IMG/VR virus record: IMGVR_UViG_3300044904_000056 | Span: 40,041 to 104,040 of that record | Source: a virus | Strand: one strand, 5' to 3' | Length of the DNA stretch: 64,000 nucleotides | Shown: positions 37,280 through 46,897 of the stretch, piece after piece | How the letters are laid out: every line of letters starts with the position of its first letter | How positions within the stretch are numbered: the stretch's first letter is position 1 | Notes under the pieces: generated by a model | What the model saw: the letters and a program-made list of their open reading frames with translations, nothing else | Databases searched by the model: none | Told to the model about the DNA's origin: nothing | Made by a program: the position numbers and the translations under genes

Positions 37280-37861
37280 TTATGAAATCGGTGCTACGAA
37301 TACATCGAACTGTCCGAGCTGTTGGCCCGGATTCTTGGTGATGTCATGTTTGAACTCGAACACCGCATCAATGATTGACTCCCTCTGCTCTGGAAAGGGC
37401 AGCCGGAGGTCAAGCGGGGGATACACAACCCATCCGAGGATTTGGATGTATCCACCCTCTGGGGTTGGATGTTCAAACTTCATGTTGGAGAAGGGCATGT
37501 GCGCGTTGCCACCGAACTGCTGGCTGTAGAGAGTCCCTCCACCGGAAGGAGTCCCAACGACAGAGGCAGCACCGCCTGCAAAGTTGCGGAAATATAGCGC
37601 TGCACTTGTAGGCGCAATTTCCAACAACGGGACCGTCACATTGCAACGTTCCTCCAGGGTGAATCTCCGGAGAAGGATGATGGGGTTTCCACCAACCACG
37701 TCATATGGACGGAGGTTGTAATTGAAGGAAGCATCTCCCTTGATCTGACCCAGATTCACATAGGTTGGACCGTAGTAGATGATTCCGTTGCCCAGCAATA
37801 TATTTCGCTGGTCTTGTAGCTGTAACAGACCTGAACTTTGTACACCAGGAGGCAAACTCAT
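37280..37861 (-). CDS. Major tail tube protein
   Basis: NILLGNG...NLG..KG, size and synteny. Confidence 0.7.
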   Translation of the reverse strand: MSLPPGVQSSGLLQLQDQRNILLGNGIIYYGPTYVNLGQIKGDASFNYNLRPYDVVGGNPIILLRRFTLEERCNVTVPLLEIAPTSAALYFRNFAGGAASVVGTPSGGGTLYSQQFGGNAHMPFSNMKFEHPTPEGGYIQILGWVVYPPLDLRLPFPEQRESIIDAVFEFKHDITKNPGQQLGQFDVFVAPIS

Positions 37862-37881
37862 TTACTTGTTACTCCTTTCAA

Positions 37882-38376
37882 TCAATACCAGCCTACGTTG
37901 CTCAACGCTTCTACACGATATGCAACGCTGACGTGGTAAACTTTGTTGGTCGGCTCGAACAACATTGGGCTACGTTCTATTTCGTAGCAGCGCTGAATCC
38001 GGACTCCTTGCCCACTCCAATTCGTATTTTGCAGACACCGGCTCAGGTACTCATACAGGATACCCATAAACTTCCGCTCGTCAACGTTTGGTCCGGGATT
38101 AGTACACGGTGCCCAAGGTTCTACGTGGAGGGTAAGGTGTCGGAAGACATTGACCAGCCCTTCCTGCGCCCCTTCTGCATAGACGAATATGCCGGGCAGA
38201 GTTGCATTAGCCCCGTAATCCTGGTATTGCCCTACTACTGCATTCGGAACTTGGGTGCTGCCGCTAACAAGTGGGTCTGAAATCAGGGGGAACTTTTTTG
38301 CCACCCCCGCAGGAAGAGCAGGGAACATGTAAGTTCTCAGCTGCTTCACGGCCAATCTGGCTACCAGTTCTGACAC
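37882..38376 (-). CDS. Tail terminator-like protein
   Basis: Synteny and size. Confidence 0.55.
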   Translation of the reverse strand: MSELVARLAVKQLRTYMFPALPAGVAKKFPLISDPLVSGSTQVPNAVVGQYQDYGANATLPGIFVYAEGAQEGLVNVFRHLTLHVEPWAPCTNPGPNVDERKFMGILYEYLSRCLQNTNWSGQGVRIQRCYEIERSPMLFEPTNKVYHVSVAYRVEALSNVGWY

Positions 38377-38814
38377 TTAGTTCTCACCCAAAGCTGCATC
38401 TTCAACCTGTTCAAAGTCATTCCCCAAAGTTGGCATAGGAGGGTCTTTCACAGTAACCCAACAGCCCTCTCCATTCACCGCGGCTTCAATTAGCGGGAAG
38501 ATGTACTCAAACTCATCCCGTGTTCCAAAAATCTCGTCATCTTTCAGGTCCTGCGTCTCTCCTGTAAGTATGCAGCCGTTGCTGTTCTTTGGGAAGCTGC
38601 CCCAGTGCATCAGGATGTACTGCCGCGTAGGAATCTGAATCCAGGGCATCAGCCTACCAAAATGGGGAGAATCGTAGAGCTTTACTTGGAACCGGCCTGT
38701 AGGGATTGCTACATCAGTGCGCTCTAGCGTCCAGCCGATATGCTGCGAACCGTTGAGGAGTTCTCCAGGGATTCCCTCAGCGTCTTTTCGTTCACGTTGT
38801 ACGAAGAGTTCCAT
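38377..38814 (-). CDS. DUF5675 family (L,D-peptidase-like, possible lysin)
   Basis: TLE...AIPTGRF...SPHFG...ILMHWG...GCIL. Confidence 0.8.
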   Translation of the reverse strand: MELFVQRERKDAEGIPGELLNGSQHIGWTLERTDVAIPTGRFQVKLYDSPHFGRLMPWIQIPTRQYILMHWGSFPKNSNGCILTGETQDLKDDEIFGTRDEFEYIFPLIEAAVNGEGCWVTVKDPPMPTLGNDFEQVEDAALGEN

Positions 38815-38832
38815 AGGTGAGAACTTATTGTC

Positions 38833-38846
38833 TCACCTAAAGTTAC
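38833..38846 (-). promoter_or_regulatory. GTAACTTTAGGTGA motif (candidate late promoter)
   Basis: Near-identical 14-mers at 40989, 56709, 59339 and 60872. Confidence 0.55.
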
Positions 38847-39337
38847 TTGTTTCTGATGACAGAGGAAATTCGATGTTCGACTTTTTTCAAGCGGGAAATT
38901 ATCGGTTCCCAGAAGCGCTCTTTGATCTCTTCATAGGCTTTCTGATGGAACCTTCTGGGCCTCATTGTTTTCGTACCGTAGAGGAGAAAGGGAGTTTCAG
39001 GAGCAGAGCTTGTAATGAAGACTTCAAACCGGCTGCGGGTTATCTGTTCTGGGGGATTGGATTGAATCCCTCTCTTCAGGACTCCCTCTTGAATATGAAC
39101 CATCCTATCATCGTGAGGGAAGTCCTCAGGCTTGCCTCTCGCATAGGGGTAGCCTAATTCACGGAGGTCCTTCAAGTCGTGGTCTGTCAAGCTGATATTC
39201 TTGATGACCTGCTTCTTGTAGTTGGAGGTTACGTCCCTCAGCCCATCGAGAATAGCAGCCTGTACCTTTTCTGAGACAGAGCCAGAGGATATGATTAGCT
39301 GAAAGCCAGCGCCTTGAACTTTTCGGTCCTTTGCCAT
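38843..39337 (-). CDS. HK97 gp10-like neck/tail completion protein
   Basis: GVLKRGI...YGTKTMRPRRF. Confidence 0.7.
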   Translation of the reverse strand: MAKDRKVQGAGFQLIISSGSVSEKVQAAILDGLRDVTSNYKKQVIKNISLTDHDLKDLRELGYPYARGKPEDFPHDDRMVHIQEGVLKRGIQSNPPEQITRSRFEVFITSSAPETPFLLYGTKTMRPRRFHQKAYEEIKERFWEPIISRLKKVEHRISSVIRNK

Positions 39338-39819
39338 TATTGCGGTCCTGGGGTAGTCCCAAGACCAGAACGCTGGGCACGGCGCAGAACAGAATTGTAC
39401 CAGACCTGTTTCGTCTTCGTACCAAACTGAATCGGGTCTAGCTGGTCTGCAACAACCCAGATTTTGCCGTTCCAGACGATTTCATCCCCAGCATACTCGG
39501 GTAGGACAGTCCCATCAGGGAGGGTATATGCAGCTGAGCAGCCTTGAAGAATAAAAGTCGAGCTGACATTCAAATCACCCGTTGTAAAATACCCACCCTT
39601 GACCGTATCGAAGACCTTAACCTGGCTAAGCCACACTGTATCGTTGCGGGAGGAGAATTTTGCTTCCCGGTAGGTCTCATTATCGTTAGAAAGATTGCCG
39701 GCTACAACCCAGCCTTGAAACTTTCTGACAAGAACGCGGCGGTTGCTATATCCTCGGGTTGAGAGCCAGGAATCTTTTGCGTTGAGGTAATCTTGCAAAT
39801 TCCACAGATTGGTCGCCAT
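39337..39819 (-). CDS. Head closure/stopper-like protein
   Basis: GDEIVWNGKIWVV, synteny. Confidence 0.55.
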   Translation of the reverse strand: MATNLWNLQDYLNAKDSWLSTRGYSNRRVLVRKFQGWVVAGNLSNDNETYREAKFSSRNDTVWLSQVKVFDTVKGGYFTTGDLNVSSTFILQGCSAAYTLPDGTVLPEYAGDEIVWNGKIWVVADQLDPIQFGTKTKQVWYNSVLRRAQRSGLGTTPGPQ

Positions 39820-39825
39820 AATTCC

Positions 39826-40554
39826 TCAACGCTGCGGCGTCACAGGGGGGAGCACAAACCCAGTGAAGGAAGTAGCAGGTTTGTAAGCTCTGCCTTGACT
39901 TTTGTAGTAGTCATCCCTTGCATTCAATCCGCTCTTCTCAAGCTTTACAGCGCGCTTATCGAAAGCCTCCGCCATCTGGGACGGACTGAAACTCTGATCC
40001 CCTGCTGAAATATCGTAACGGGTAGCAAATCTCTGCGCGAGAGCCTCTGCTGCCATTGAAGCAGCAAGCTGGGTAATCGCATCAAATAGCCCGTCAGGAA
40101 TATCAGCTGGTGCTGTTCCCCCAGTTGGCAATTGGAAGCTACCTGAAATGGTAGAGGCCCCAACATAGTAGAGAGTAAAGCTAATCTTGTTCGCAGCAGA
40201 GCAGAGATAGCGGTCCCATTCAAGGTCGTCAAACCAGGTGTAGTTGAAATCCACCGCAAGCGAATCTTCCTCAAGAGGAGCAGTCGCAAATATGATCTGT
40301 CCATTCTTGGGGTTTGGTACGGTGTAGCCTACGTTGAAAGTCAGAGGGGAGCCATCAACGTAAGCCTTCGGAAAGATTGTCGGGCTGGACGCAGGATAGA
40401 TTACCAGCCGCCCACCAACAATGCTGAATATCGTGTTCGTGCCGTCCTGGTTGCCCTGGAGGTCTGTAAACTGAGAGACAAATTTGGAATCGTACCAATC
40501 GTCAATCAGCCTCCGGGCCGCATCGATTCCATTTTGCTGGTTGTATTGTGGCAC
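39826..40554 (-). CDS. Head-tail adaptor-like protein
   Basis: ARRLIDD...WFDDLE...AASMAAEALAQRFA, synteny. Confidence 0.6.
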   Translation of the reverse strand: MPQYNQQNGIDAARRLIDDWYDSKFVSQFTDLQGNQDGTNTIFSIVGGRLVIYPASSPTIFPKAYVDGSPLTFNVGYTVPNPKNGQIIFATAPLEEDSLAVDFNYTWFDDLEWDRYLCSAANKISFTLYYVGASTISGSFQLPTGGTAPADIPDGLFDAITQLAASMAAEALAQRFATRYDISAGDQSFSPSQMAEAFDKRAVKLEKSGLNARDDYYKSQGRAYKPATSFTGFVLPPVTPQR

Positions 40555-40980
40555 TTAGGAAACCTGTTTCTTTCTCTTCCCAACCAGAGAGATTCCCACG
40601 ATTTTCAGAATTTCCGCAAGCACAAGAACCCCAACACCGATTACAATACCACGGATCATCAGCTGATTCTCATTGCTGATAGTTTCCAGCCTCGTTAGGC
40701 GCTCAATATTTGTTGCTCTGTCTGTTGATTCTTGGACCTCAAGCCTGTCTAGACGAGTTTGGAGAGCCTTCATTTCCTGCTCTGCTACAGTTAGCCTCTT
40801 GTCTGTGTCAAACTGCAGCCGCTGAACATCTTGAAAATCGGAGTGGGGGACGCGCTGCGACAAAACGACGTGCGAGGACATTGCCAATAACGCGAAGAAC
40901 ATCAAGGCCAAAATAGTCCTTCGCGCAACATTACCTGCGGTAGTCAATTCTGTCACCTCTCCTGGAGGATAGAAGCCCAT
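40555..40980 (-). CDS. Membrane protein with coiled coil (lysis accessory?)
   Basis: N- and C-terminal hydrophobic helices; ATG 40980. Confidence 0.5.
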   Translation of the reverse strand: MGFYPPGEVTELTTAGNVARRTILALMFFALLAMSSHVVLSQRVPHSDFQDVQRLQFDTDKRLTVAEQEMKALQTRLDRLEVQESTDRATNIERLTRLETISNENQLMIRGIVIGVGVLVLAEILKIVGISLVGKRKKQVS

Positions 40981-40988
40981 TAACCCTC

Positions 40989-41002
40989 TCACCTAAATTT
41001 AC
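40989..41002 (-). promoter_or_regulatory. GTAAATTTAGGTGA motif
   Basis: At the head of the head-tail gene block. Confidence 0.55.
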
Positions 41003-41712
41003 TTTTCCAGGAGGCTGATAACTTTGTCAGCAACGACCTTCGGATTGTGCTTTACGTCCCGTTCCTTGAAGTGGACAACCCGGTAGCCGAGCTTTCGGAG
41101 ATCACGGTCTCTTTTACGGTCTCTAGCTTTGTTTCGATGCCAATAGGAACCATCTACTTCAATTAGCAACTTAGATTTTGGGATCAAAAAATCAGGAAAA
41201 TATGGCCCAACCCAAACTTGAAATCTGTACTTGATTTTGAGCCCTTTCAGAATCTCTATCATTCGCTGTTCGAGGCCATTCGGATGTTTTGATACACTAG
41301 AAAATACCTTTGGAAGAAACTTCCTTCTTGCAGCTATCATCTTTTCACTACGTTTCAATCCTCTGCTTATTGCTCGCCCCCAAGCTTTTGAATGTTTTCT
41401 TCCCTTACGGGTCTTACTCATCTTCTCTTTTGTTTCTTGGGTACAGACCTGGCCCATATGCGCCAGGCTAAGATTTTCACAATGTTTTTTAGAAAGCTTC
41501 TTGCCTTTATTCCACGCTTTAATTTTTCCTTGTCTCTTAAGCTTGCGAAATGTAGCTCTCAACTTCTTTGTCATTTTTGCAATTTTAGGGTCAGTTTCAG
41601 CAGTTTTTCCTTTGTTCCAGGGAGGGAAATCGTTACCATTCTCCCTTCGAACAGCCCAACCCTTGATAGCATACAAACTTCTCTGATCCGAAGACCAATC
41701 TTCAAAAGACAT
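40999..41712 (-). CDS. NUMOD3 + DUF559/Vsr-like endonuclease
   Basis: WNKGK repeats; PDF...IEVDGSYWH...DRKRD..L...GYRVVHF. Confidence 0.85.
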   Translation of the reverse strand: MSFEDWSSDQRSLYAIKGWAVRRENGNDFPPWNKGKTAETDPKIAKMTKKLRATFRKLKRQGKIKAWNKGKKLSKKHCENLSLAHMGQVCTQETKEKMSKTRKGRKHSKAWGRAISRGLKRSEKMIAARRKFLPKVFSSVSKHPNGLEQRMIEILKGLKIKYRFQVWVGPYFPDFLIPKSKLLIEVDGSYWHRNKARDRKRDRDLRKLGYRVVHFKERDVKHNPKVVADKVISLLEK

Positions 41713-41715
41713 ATC

Positions 41716-42867
41716 TTAGCTCAGGATTTCCATAATTTTTGAAGCAACTACTCGGGGGCTCAACTGTTCTAAACAAGGAGAAAATTTCGACCCGTTTATA
41801 GATTTGCATTGGCAAGTATCTATAAAACATGCGCTTGTGCAGCACTCCTTGCCGTCTGGTAGAAGCCCTTTCACTGATTCAACCCGGAGTCCGTGAGCGC
41901 TGGGAAAGTGCCACAAAAACGGCTGCGGCTCATGGGGGCCATACGTAACCACACAGGGTTTCCCTCTTGCTGCACGAGGGTACAGAAGCCCCGTGTCTGA
42001 ACTGCAGTGCAAATCAGCTTCGATGATGACGGCTGCTGAATGGCGTATCCTGAAGACTCCCGAACAATCTTCAACATTCGCACCCCGCCAAGGCTCTCTC
42101 CGGTTTGAATCAAGGATAAGCCATAGGTAGTTTTTCGGGCATAGGCGGATGACTTCCTTCCAATGTGGGTAGTTTTTGTATGGAGTGCTCGCATACGGGA
42201 GCAGGGTAATAACCTTACGCCCTTTGTCCTTGAGGGGCTTGAGGAACTTCCGCGCTGTTTCCATCTCGTGCTCAAACGGATAGTAATAAATCGTGTTCTT
42301 TTCAGGAGGTGGGTCAATGAACGCGTGCATGCAGTACATATCCAGCGCAATCATCCGGTAGCGGGAAATGACAGAGGTAGAAGCCTGATTCACAAAGTCC
42401 AGCTCGTCTGTAGTCAGGGATTTCGGGTCCTTCGCTAGAAGGCTGACAAGAAATTCGTTGAGATGGGGCTTCGTGCGAAGGTGGATTTTGTAGTTGTACC
42501 CCCCCTTCAAGGGGACATCGTAGTCGAGCCAGCACCAGTCTTCCTTGAAGGTGTCACCGATTTCTTCCATACTGCTATACTCCATATAGTGATAGACCTT
42601 TTCGATATCAGGATTATTCTCTAGGATTTCAGGGCAAGTGCAAATGTAATGAATCTTACAAGTAGGGAATTTCTTCTTAATTTCATGTACGGCTGCTGTT
42701 GAATACAGGATGTCCCCAATTCCCCACGTGTGCTTGATAACAAGTCGCCTTCCGGACAGATTAGTTTCCCTACGAAGAGGTTCCCTCCTGCGCAATCGCT
42801 CTTGATATTCCTCCCAGGAAAATTCCTTCACGCGCTGCCCATATTCATTAATCAGAATGCGTGGCAT
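41716..42867 (-). CDS. GT9-like (heptosyltransferase-like) glycosyltransferase
   Basis: WGIGDIL, ILENNPDI, SSDTGLLY, YGP. Confidence 0.8.
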   Translation of the reverse strand: MPRILINEYGQRVKEFSWEEYQERLRRREPLRRETNLSGRRLVIKHTWGIGDILYSTAAVHEIKKKFPTCKIHYICTCPEILENNPDIEKVYHYMEYSSMEEIGDTFKEDWCWLDYDVPLKGGYNYKIHLRTKPHLNEFLVSLLAKDPKSLTTDELDFVNQASTSVISRYRMIALDMYCMHAFIDPPPEKNTIYYYPFEHEMETARKFLKPLKDKGRKVITLLPYASTPYKNYPHWKEVIRLCPKNYLWLILDSNRREPWRGANVEDCSGVFRIRHSAAVIIEADLHCSSDTGLLYPRAARGKPCVVTYGPHEPQPFLWHFPSAHGLRVESVKGLLPDGKECCTSACFIDTCQCKSINGSKFSPCLEQLSPRVVASKIMEILS

Positions 42868-43336
42868 GTATAGTAGTCCTTCCTTTCTTCACATTTTTCC
42901 AACGAATTGATTGTGCTTTTCTCATCTTGCAGCGTGCTGTCTTGGTGTGTTTATGGCCTAGGAAATTCTGGTTGCCTTTCATTCCTTCGCTTAACCTGCG
43001 CCGATGATCCTCGGTGAATTTGTACCCGAGACAATTATGGTTACCTTTCAGGGCCCTACTCTTGGCTTCGCTGTTTGTCAGCCTTCTCGGGAACCTAGCA
43101 ATTCTAGGAATCCCTAGATAGTGAATAGCCCTTTGCAACAATTCAAGACTATCACAAAAGGAACCAAGCCCCATATTACATCTGATACAAAGAACTCCTC
43201 TAAATGCTCCTGTTCTATGGTTATGGTCTAGCTGAGGCCGGTCTGGGGGCTTATCCCCACAGACAGCACAGCAGCCTTCTTGAAGTTTTAGAAAATCCTT
43301 TTTCAACTCTTGGTTTTGATTAGAGTTGTATGCCAT
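42848..43336 (-). CDS. Endonuclease-VII-type nuclease + NUMOD3
   Basis: CAVC...DHNHRTGAFRGVLCIRCNMGLG. Confidence 0.85.
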   Translation of the reverse strand: MAYNSNQNQELKKDFLKLQEGCCAVCGDKPPDRPQLDHNHRTGAFRGVLCIRCNMGLGSFCDSLELLQRAIHYLGIPRIARFPRRLTNSEAKSRALKGNHNCLGYKFTEDHRRRLSEGMKGNQNFLGHKHTKTARCKMRKAQSIRWKNVKKGRTTIHATHSD

Positions 43337-44237
43337 TACTCTCTCCTCCTTTCCATTTTCTTTTCCTCAGTCTGTATTGAAATTGCAACAACCCTGGACC
43401 CTTGACAAAATCTTTTGCTGAATCTTCAGGAATGTCAAAATTGAGATGTACAGTCCGTCCAATATCCCGGTTAACAGGGTCAACGAATGTGTAACGCATA
43501 CGGTCCAATTTCGACGGGAACCACATTGTGTTCGGCGTGTTTACAACATCCGCCAAAAATCCGATACCTGAGGGAAACGAAAATAGGTAGTCCAGCTCTC
43601 GGATAACTTCAATCGTCCCGCCTATCTCCAGCTTCCCCACCAAGTCAAGAGAGTTGTAGCCGTTCTCTTGTAGCCATTTGTGGACGTATTCCGAAATGGC
43701 AAGATCATATTCAGCCCCAATGAATATAAAGTATGTCTCCTTCGGGAGTTCCTCGGCTACGGATTTGAGGAAGTCCCGCCACATTTCCCAGTCCCAGAAC
43801 CCCCAATGCCGGGAGTTCCCATATGCTGAAGTGTAGACACCTACTTTAGGGGCATCTCCAATAGGGGATAGGAGCAAACTAGCGTGTACTTTGTCCACAG
43901 CCAGAATTTTGAAATCATAGTGGAATGTAGTCCCTCCAGGAATCCAATCTTCAACCCTGTTCCCTTCTTCAAGATGCTGGTTAATGGAGAGAAAATAATC
44001 GCCGTCAGGAATCTCTCTAAGGTCTGTTCCCGAGGGAAGAGTATTCACTACTGATGCCATCGTACCATGTGCAGAATAGCCCCCATTTTTCACCTTTGGG
44101 AGGAGGTCTAGAAAAGGGCTTAGGCGTTGAGGACCATCGAGGGAGGAACGGATTGTGATGTCCCGCCCAACATTGCACAATTTTGCATACATGGCAGAAA
44201 AATCGCCAATGCCTGGGGGAACGTAGAAGACCAACAT
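43320..44237 (-). CDS. GT9-like glycosyltransferase
   Basis: PPGIGD, DLVGKLEIGGT, FPSGI. Confidence 0.7.
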   Translation of the reverse strand: MLVFYVPPGIGDFSAMYAKLCNVGRDITIRSSLDGPQRLSPFLDLLPKVKNGGYSAHGTMASVVNTLPSGTDLREIPDGDYFLSINQHLEEGNRVEDWIPGGTTFHYDFKILAVDKVHASLLLSPIGDAPKVGVYTSAYGNSRHWGFWDWEMWRDFLKSVAEELPKETYFIFIGAEYDLAISEYVHKWLQENGYNSLDLVGKLEIGGTIEVIRELDYLFSFPSGIGFLADVVNTPNTMWFPSKLDRMRYTFVDPVNRDIGRTVHLNFDIPEDSAKDFVKGPGLLQFQYRLRKRKWKGGESNGIQL

Positions 44238-44951
44238 TCAGTTTCTCCCCTTACGCAAAATCCGCCGCTTCATACGAGCTTTACTAATTTTGCGACGGGT
44301 TTCAGCAGAGCGAACAGCACCAAGCGCATACTTGTTGCCTTTTGCGGCTTCACTTCTCTTGCGGCGGGTTTCAGCAGAGAGATTTTCTCGTTTACTAGCT
44401 TCGCTTATCTTGCGGCGAGTCTCCTTGGAGAACTTTCTGCCTTTTTGGGCCTCTCTAATCTTTCTGAGACCTTCTTCAGTGTGCTTGTAGCCAAGCGAAT
44501 TCTTGTTCCCTTTTTGGGATTTGCTCATCTTGAGGCGGGTTTCTTTAGAAGCTCTTTTACCTTTGTTTGCCTCACTCAACTTACGGCGGTGCTCTTTAGA
44601 TTTTTTCTTGCCTTTCATTGTTTCGCTGAGCTTGTGTCGTGTTTCAGGAGAAGGGTTGCAAAGACCCCTCCCACCAGCTGTGAGATTGTATCCGTAGCGA
44701 GGACTGTTAGACTTGTACATTTGAATATATAGCGTTTCTCGTTGATTCAATTCCTCTTCTGTAACAGCGTCAGGATAGAGAACCCAAACATCAAATTTTT
44801 CAGGACCGTGTTTCTGAATTGCGCTGTATAGATATGGAGCGTTGCCATGCCCCAATATGTGCTGTTTCCAGCGCCCATCCACAGTCTGCATAGTCTTTCC
44901 GATGTAGACCTTGTTATTGATGCGGTTGCGAATTTGGTAGATGGTGTTCAT
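44238..44951 (-). CDS. GIY-YIG homing endonuclease + NUMOD3
   Basis: TIY...VYIG, RE..YI, GYNLTAGG, NUMOD3 repeats. Confidence 0.9.
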   Translation of the reverse strand: MNTIYQIRNRINNKVYIGKTMQTVDGRWKQHILGHGNAPYLYSAIQKHGPEKFDVWVLYPDAVTEEELNQRETLYIQMYKSNSPRYGYNLTAGGRGLCNPSPETRHKLSETMKGKKKSKEHRRKLSEANKGKRASKETRLKMSKSQKGNKNSLGYKHTEEGLRKIREAQKGRKFSKETRRKISEASKRENLSAETRRKRSEAAKGNKYALGAVRSAETRRKISKARMKRRILRKGRN

Positions 44952-44954
44952 ATT

Positions 44955-45920
44955 CTACCACTTTCTATCTGTTATCTCTTTGCAAATATATTCTACGTGG
45001 TGCCTACCGTATATCAATGGAAGGTGTCGCCCAGACGCTAGCATCTTAGGATTTACCCAGGCACTCGACATCGCCTCCTCGAAAGAAATATAACATTCTG
45101 GATTCAGGGAATCTCCTTTTGCCCTCCAGAAAATACCAGTTGGGATTCCCAAATAACTTGCAAAAATACCTATCCCCGATTGATAAGAAATCGTAAAGCG
45201 TGCACGTTTGATGATAGCATAAGTCCCACCAATCCCTAATTTTCCGATAAGGTTAATCCAGTGCTTCTGGGGGAACTTCTTGACTTCGGGGGCTACATAG
45301 TAGTCATAGTACATACTGTCGTAATCTGCTCCAAGGACTACAACTCGCAATCCTAGCTTCTCTTGGCAGTACTGTCCTAGTCTTGCCCAATCCTCCCCAG
45401 ACCAGATTGCTCCGCGGTTGTGCCCCTCACCGAAATTCCCAGCCAGAGGACCAGGATAGAAAGTACAGTACGGCCCAGCAGATTGATAAAGGTCATCGGC
45501 AAACAGTTCCTCCTCTTCTTCAAACCGAAACTCCTTAGCAGCATCCCAGTTGATAGGGTATTCAGGAAGCCAGTCTTCCAGCCGGATTCCTCTCTCCAAA
45601 GGAGCATTTGGCATCATAACGAAATATCTTTCCCCACAGTAATCCATCCAACCGTCAGGAAGGTAGATGTACCGCCCTTCTGAATCCACCCGTTCGTCAG
45701 GAGGATGGATATCAACTATGAGCATAGCAGCAGAGTCAACAAAAGAAAATCTCTGGACGAAGCCTAAGGCCCGGACCTGGATATGGTCGGGACCAGAGCA
45801 GTTCAAAGACACGTCAATCCTATCTGCATCGTAATGCTTCGCAACAGATTGTATCTTATGGAGAGCCCAAACTGAATCTCCGATACCCTGTGGGAGTAGA
45901 AAGTTCACATCTTCCTCCAA
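44955..45920 (-). CDS. GT9-like glycosyltransferase
   Basis: PQGIGD, NLIGKLGIGGT, YQSGI; paralogue of 43320..44237. Confidence 0.7.
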   Translation of the reverse strand: MEEDVNFLLPQGIGDSVWALHKIQSVAKHYDADRIDVSLNCSGPDHIQVRALGFVQRFSFVDSAAMLIVDIHPPDERVDSEGRYIYLPDGWMDYCGERYFVMMPNAPLERGIRLEDWLPEYPINWDAAKEFRFEEEEELFADDLYQSAGPYCTFYPGPLAGNFGEGHNRGAIWSGEDWARLGQYCQEKLGLRVVVLGADYDSMYYDYYVAPEVKKFPQKHWINLIGKLGIGGTYAIIKRARFTISYQSGIGIFASYLGIPTGIFWRAKGDSLNPECYISFEEAMSSAWVNPKMLASGRHLPLIYGRHHVEYICKEITDRKW

Positions 45921-46897
45921 GAGTCTGGCAATTCCTTCTCAATCTCGATGTTCTCAAAAGGCTTCCCCTGTCGAATGCCCACTTCTTTTACCCATTGAGC
46001 CATCCGCCGCAGCCCTTCTGACAAAGAGACAGTTGAATCTGAGCCTAGAACTGTTCTGCACTTCGTATTATCGCAGAAAGCATGCAGCACTTCCTTACGA
46101 GCCGGCAGATGAATTGCTCCAGTTTTTCTCCCCATAGCTGCCTGCACGTTATGGAGAAGATTGTTCACTGTATAGGGGATGTCAGCACCAATATTGAAAA
46201 CGTGATTGTATGCATCCGACCAGAACGGCGCTTTAGCAATCACCGGAACTACATCCGCAATATGGGTGAAAGCCCTTGTCTGTTCCCCGTTTCCAAAGAT
46301 TGTACAAGGCTTCCCTTGAAGAATCTGGTTCATGAAAATGCCAACCACGTTCCGGTAGGGGTCTCCGATATTCTGTCGTTCACCATAGACATTGTGGGGG
46401 CGGAAGATGATGTAGTTGAGGCCGAACATCTTGTGGGCTGCTTCAAGGTCAAGCTCTACAGCATATTTTGAGATTCCATACGGGTCCTCAGGCCGGGGAA
46501 TCATATCCTCTTGCATAGGAACCTGCCCCGCTCCATACACCGCAATACTGGAAGTAAACACGAAACATTTGACGTTGTGACGGATAGCAGCATTGATAAG
46601 GTTCACAGAGCCTAGAAGGTTGTTCGTGTAGTTGAATCCCCGGATGAAATGACTAAGCCCTTCAGCAGCATAAGCCGCAATGTGGAAGACGTACTCAAAA
46701 TTGCTGGCTGTAAAGATGTGGTCAACTAACACAGAATCGGTAATCGAGCCGGGAAAGAAACGTGCGTATGGATTGATATTTTCTGCGAAGCCTCCGGAAA
46801 GATCATCCAACACTCCCACCTCGTACCCTGATTTGAGTAAGCAGTCAACTACGTGGCTCCCAATGAATCCTGCACCACCTGTTACGAGAATTCTCAT
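45905..46897 (-). CDS. NAD-dependent NDP-sugar epimerase/dehydratase
   Basis: TGGAGFIG, SSIAVYG, YGISK, NVYG. Confidence 0.95.
   Translation of the reverse strand: MRILVTGGAGFIGSHVVDCLLKSGYEVGVLDDLSGGFAENINPYARFFPGSITDSVLVDHIFTASNFEYVFHIAAYAAEGLSHFIRGFNYTNNLLGSVNLINAAIRHNVKCFVFTSSIAVYGAGQVPMQEDMIPRPEDPYGISKYAVELDLEAAHKMFGLNYIIFRPHNVYGERQNIGDPYRNVVGIFMNQILQGKPCTIFGNGEQTRAFTHIADVVPVIAKAPFWSDAYNHVFNIGADIPYTVNNLLHNVQAAMGRKTGAIHLPARKEVLHAFCDNTKCRTVLGSDSTVSLSEGLRRMAQWVKEVGIRQGKPFENIEIEKELPDSWRKM

Noticed and set aside
2795-43096. RFPR as a by-product of a DNA-level repeat
   Set aside because: Synonymous positions and flanks differ between copies.
40999-45920. Nucleases as group I intron ORFs splitting one GT gene
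   Set aside because: Each GT has its own N-terminal GIGD motif and stop codon, and the genes abut or overlap, leaving no space for ribozyme sequence.
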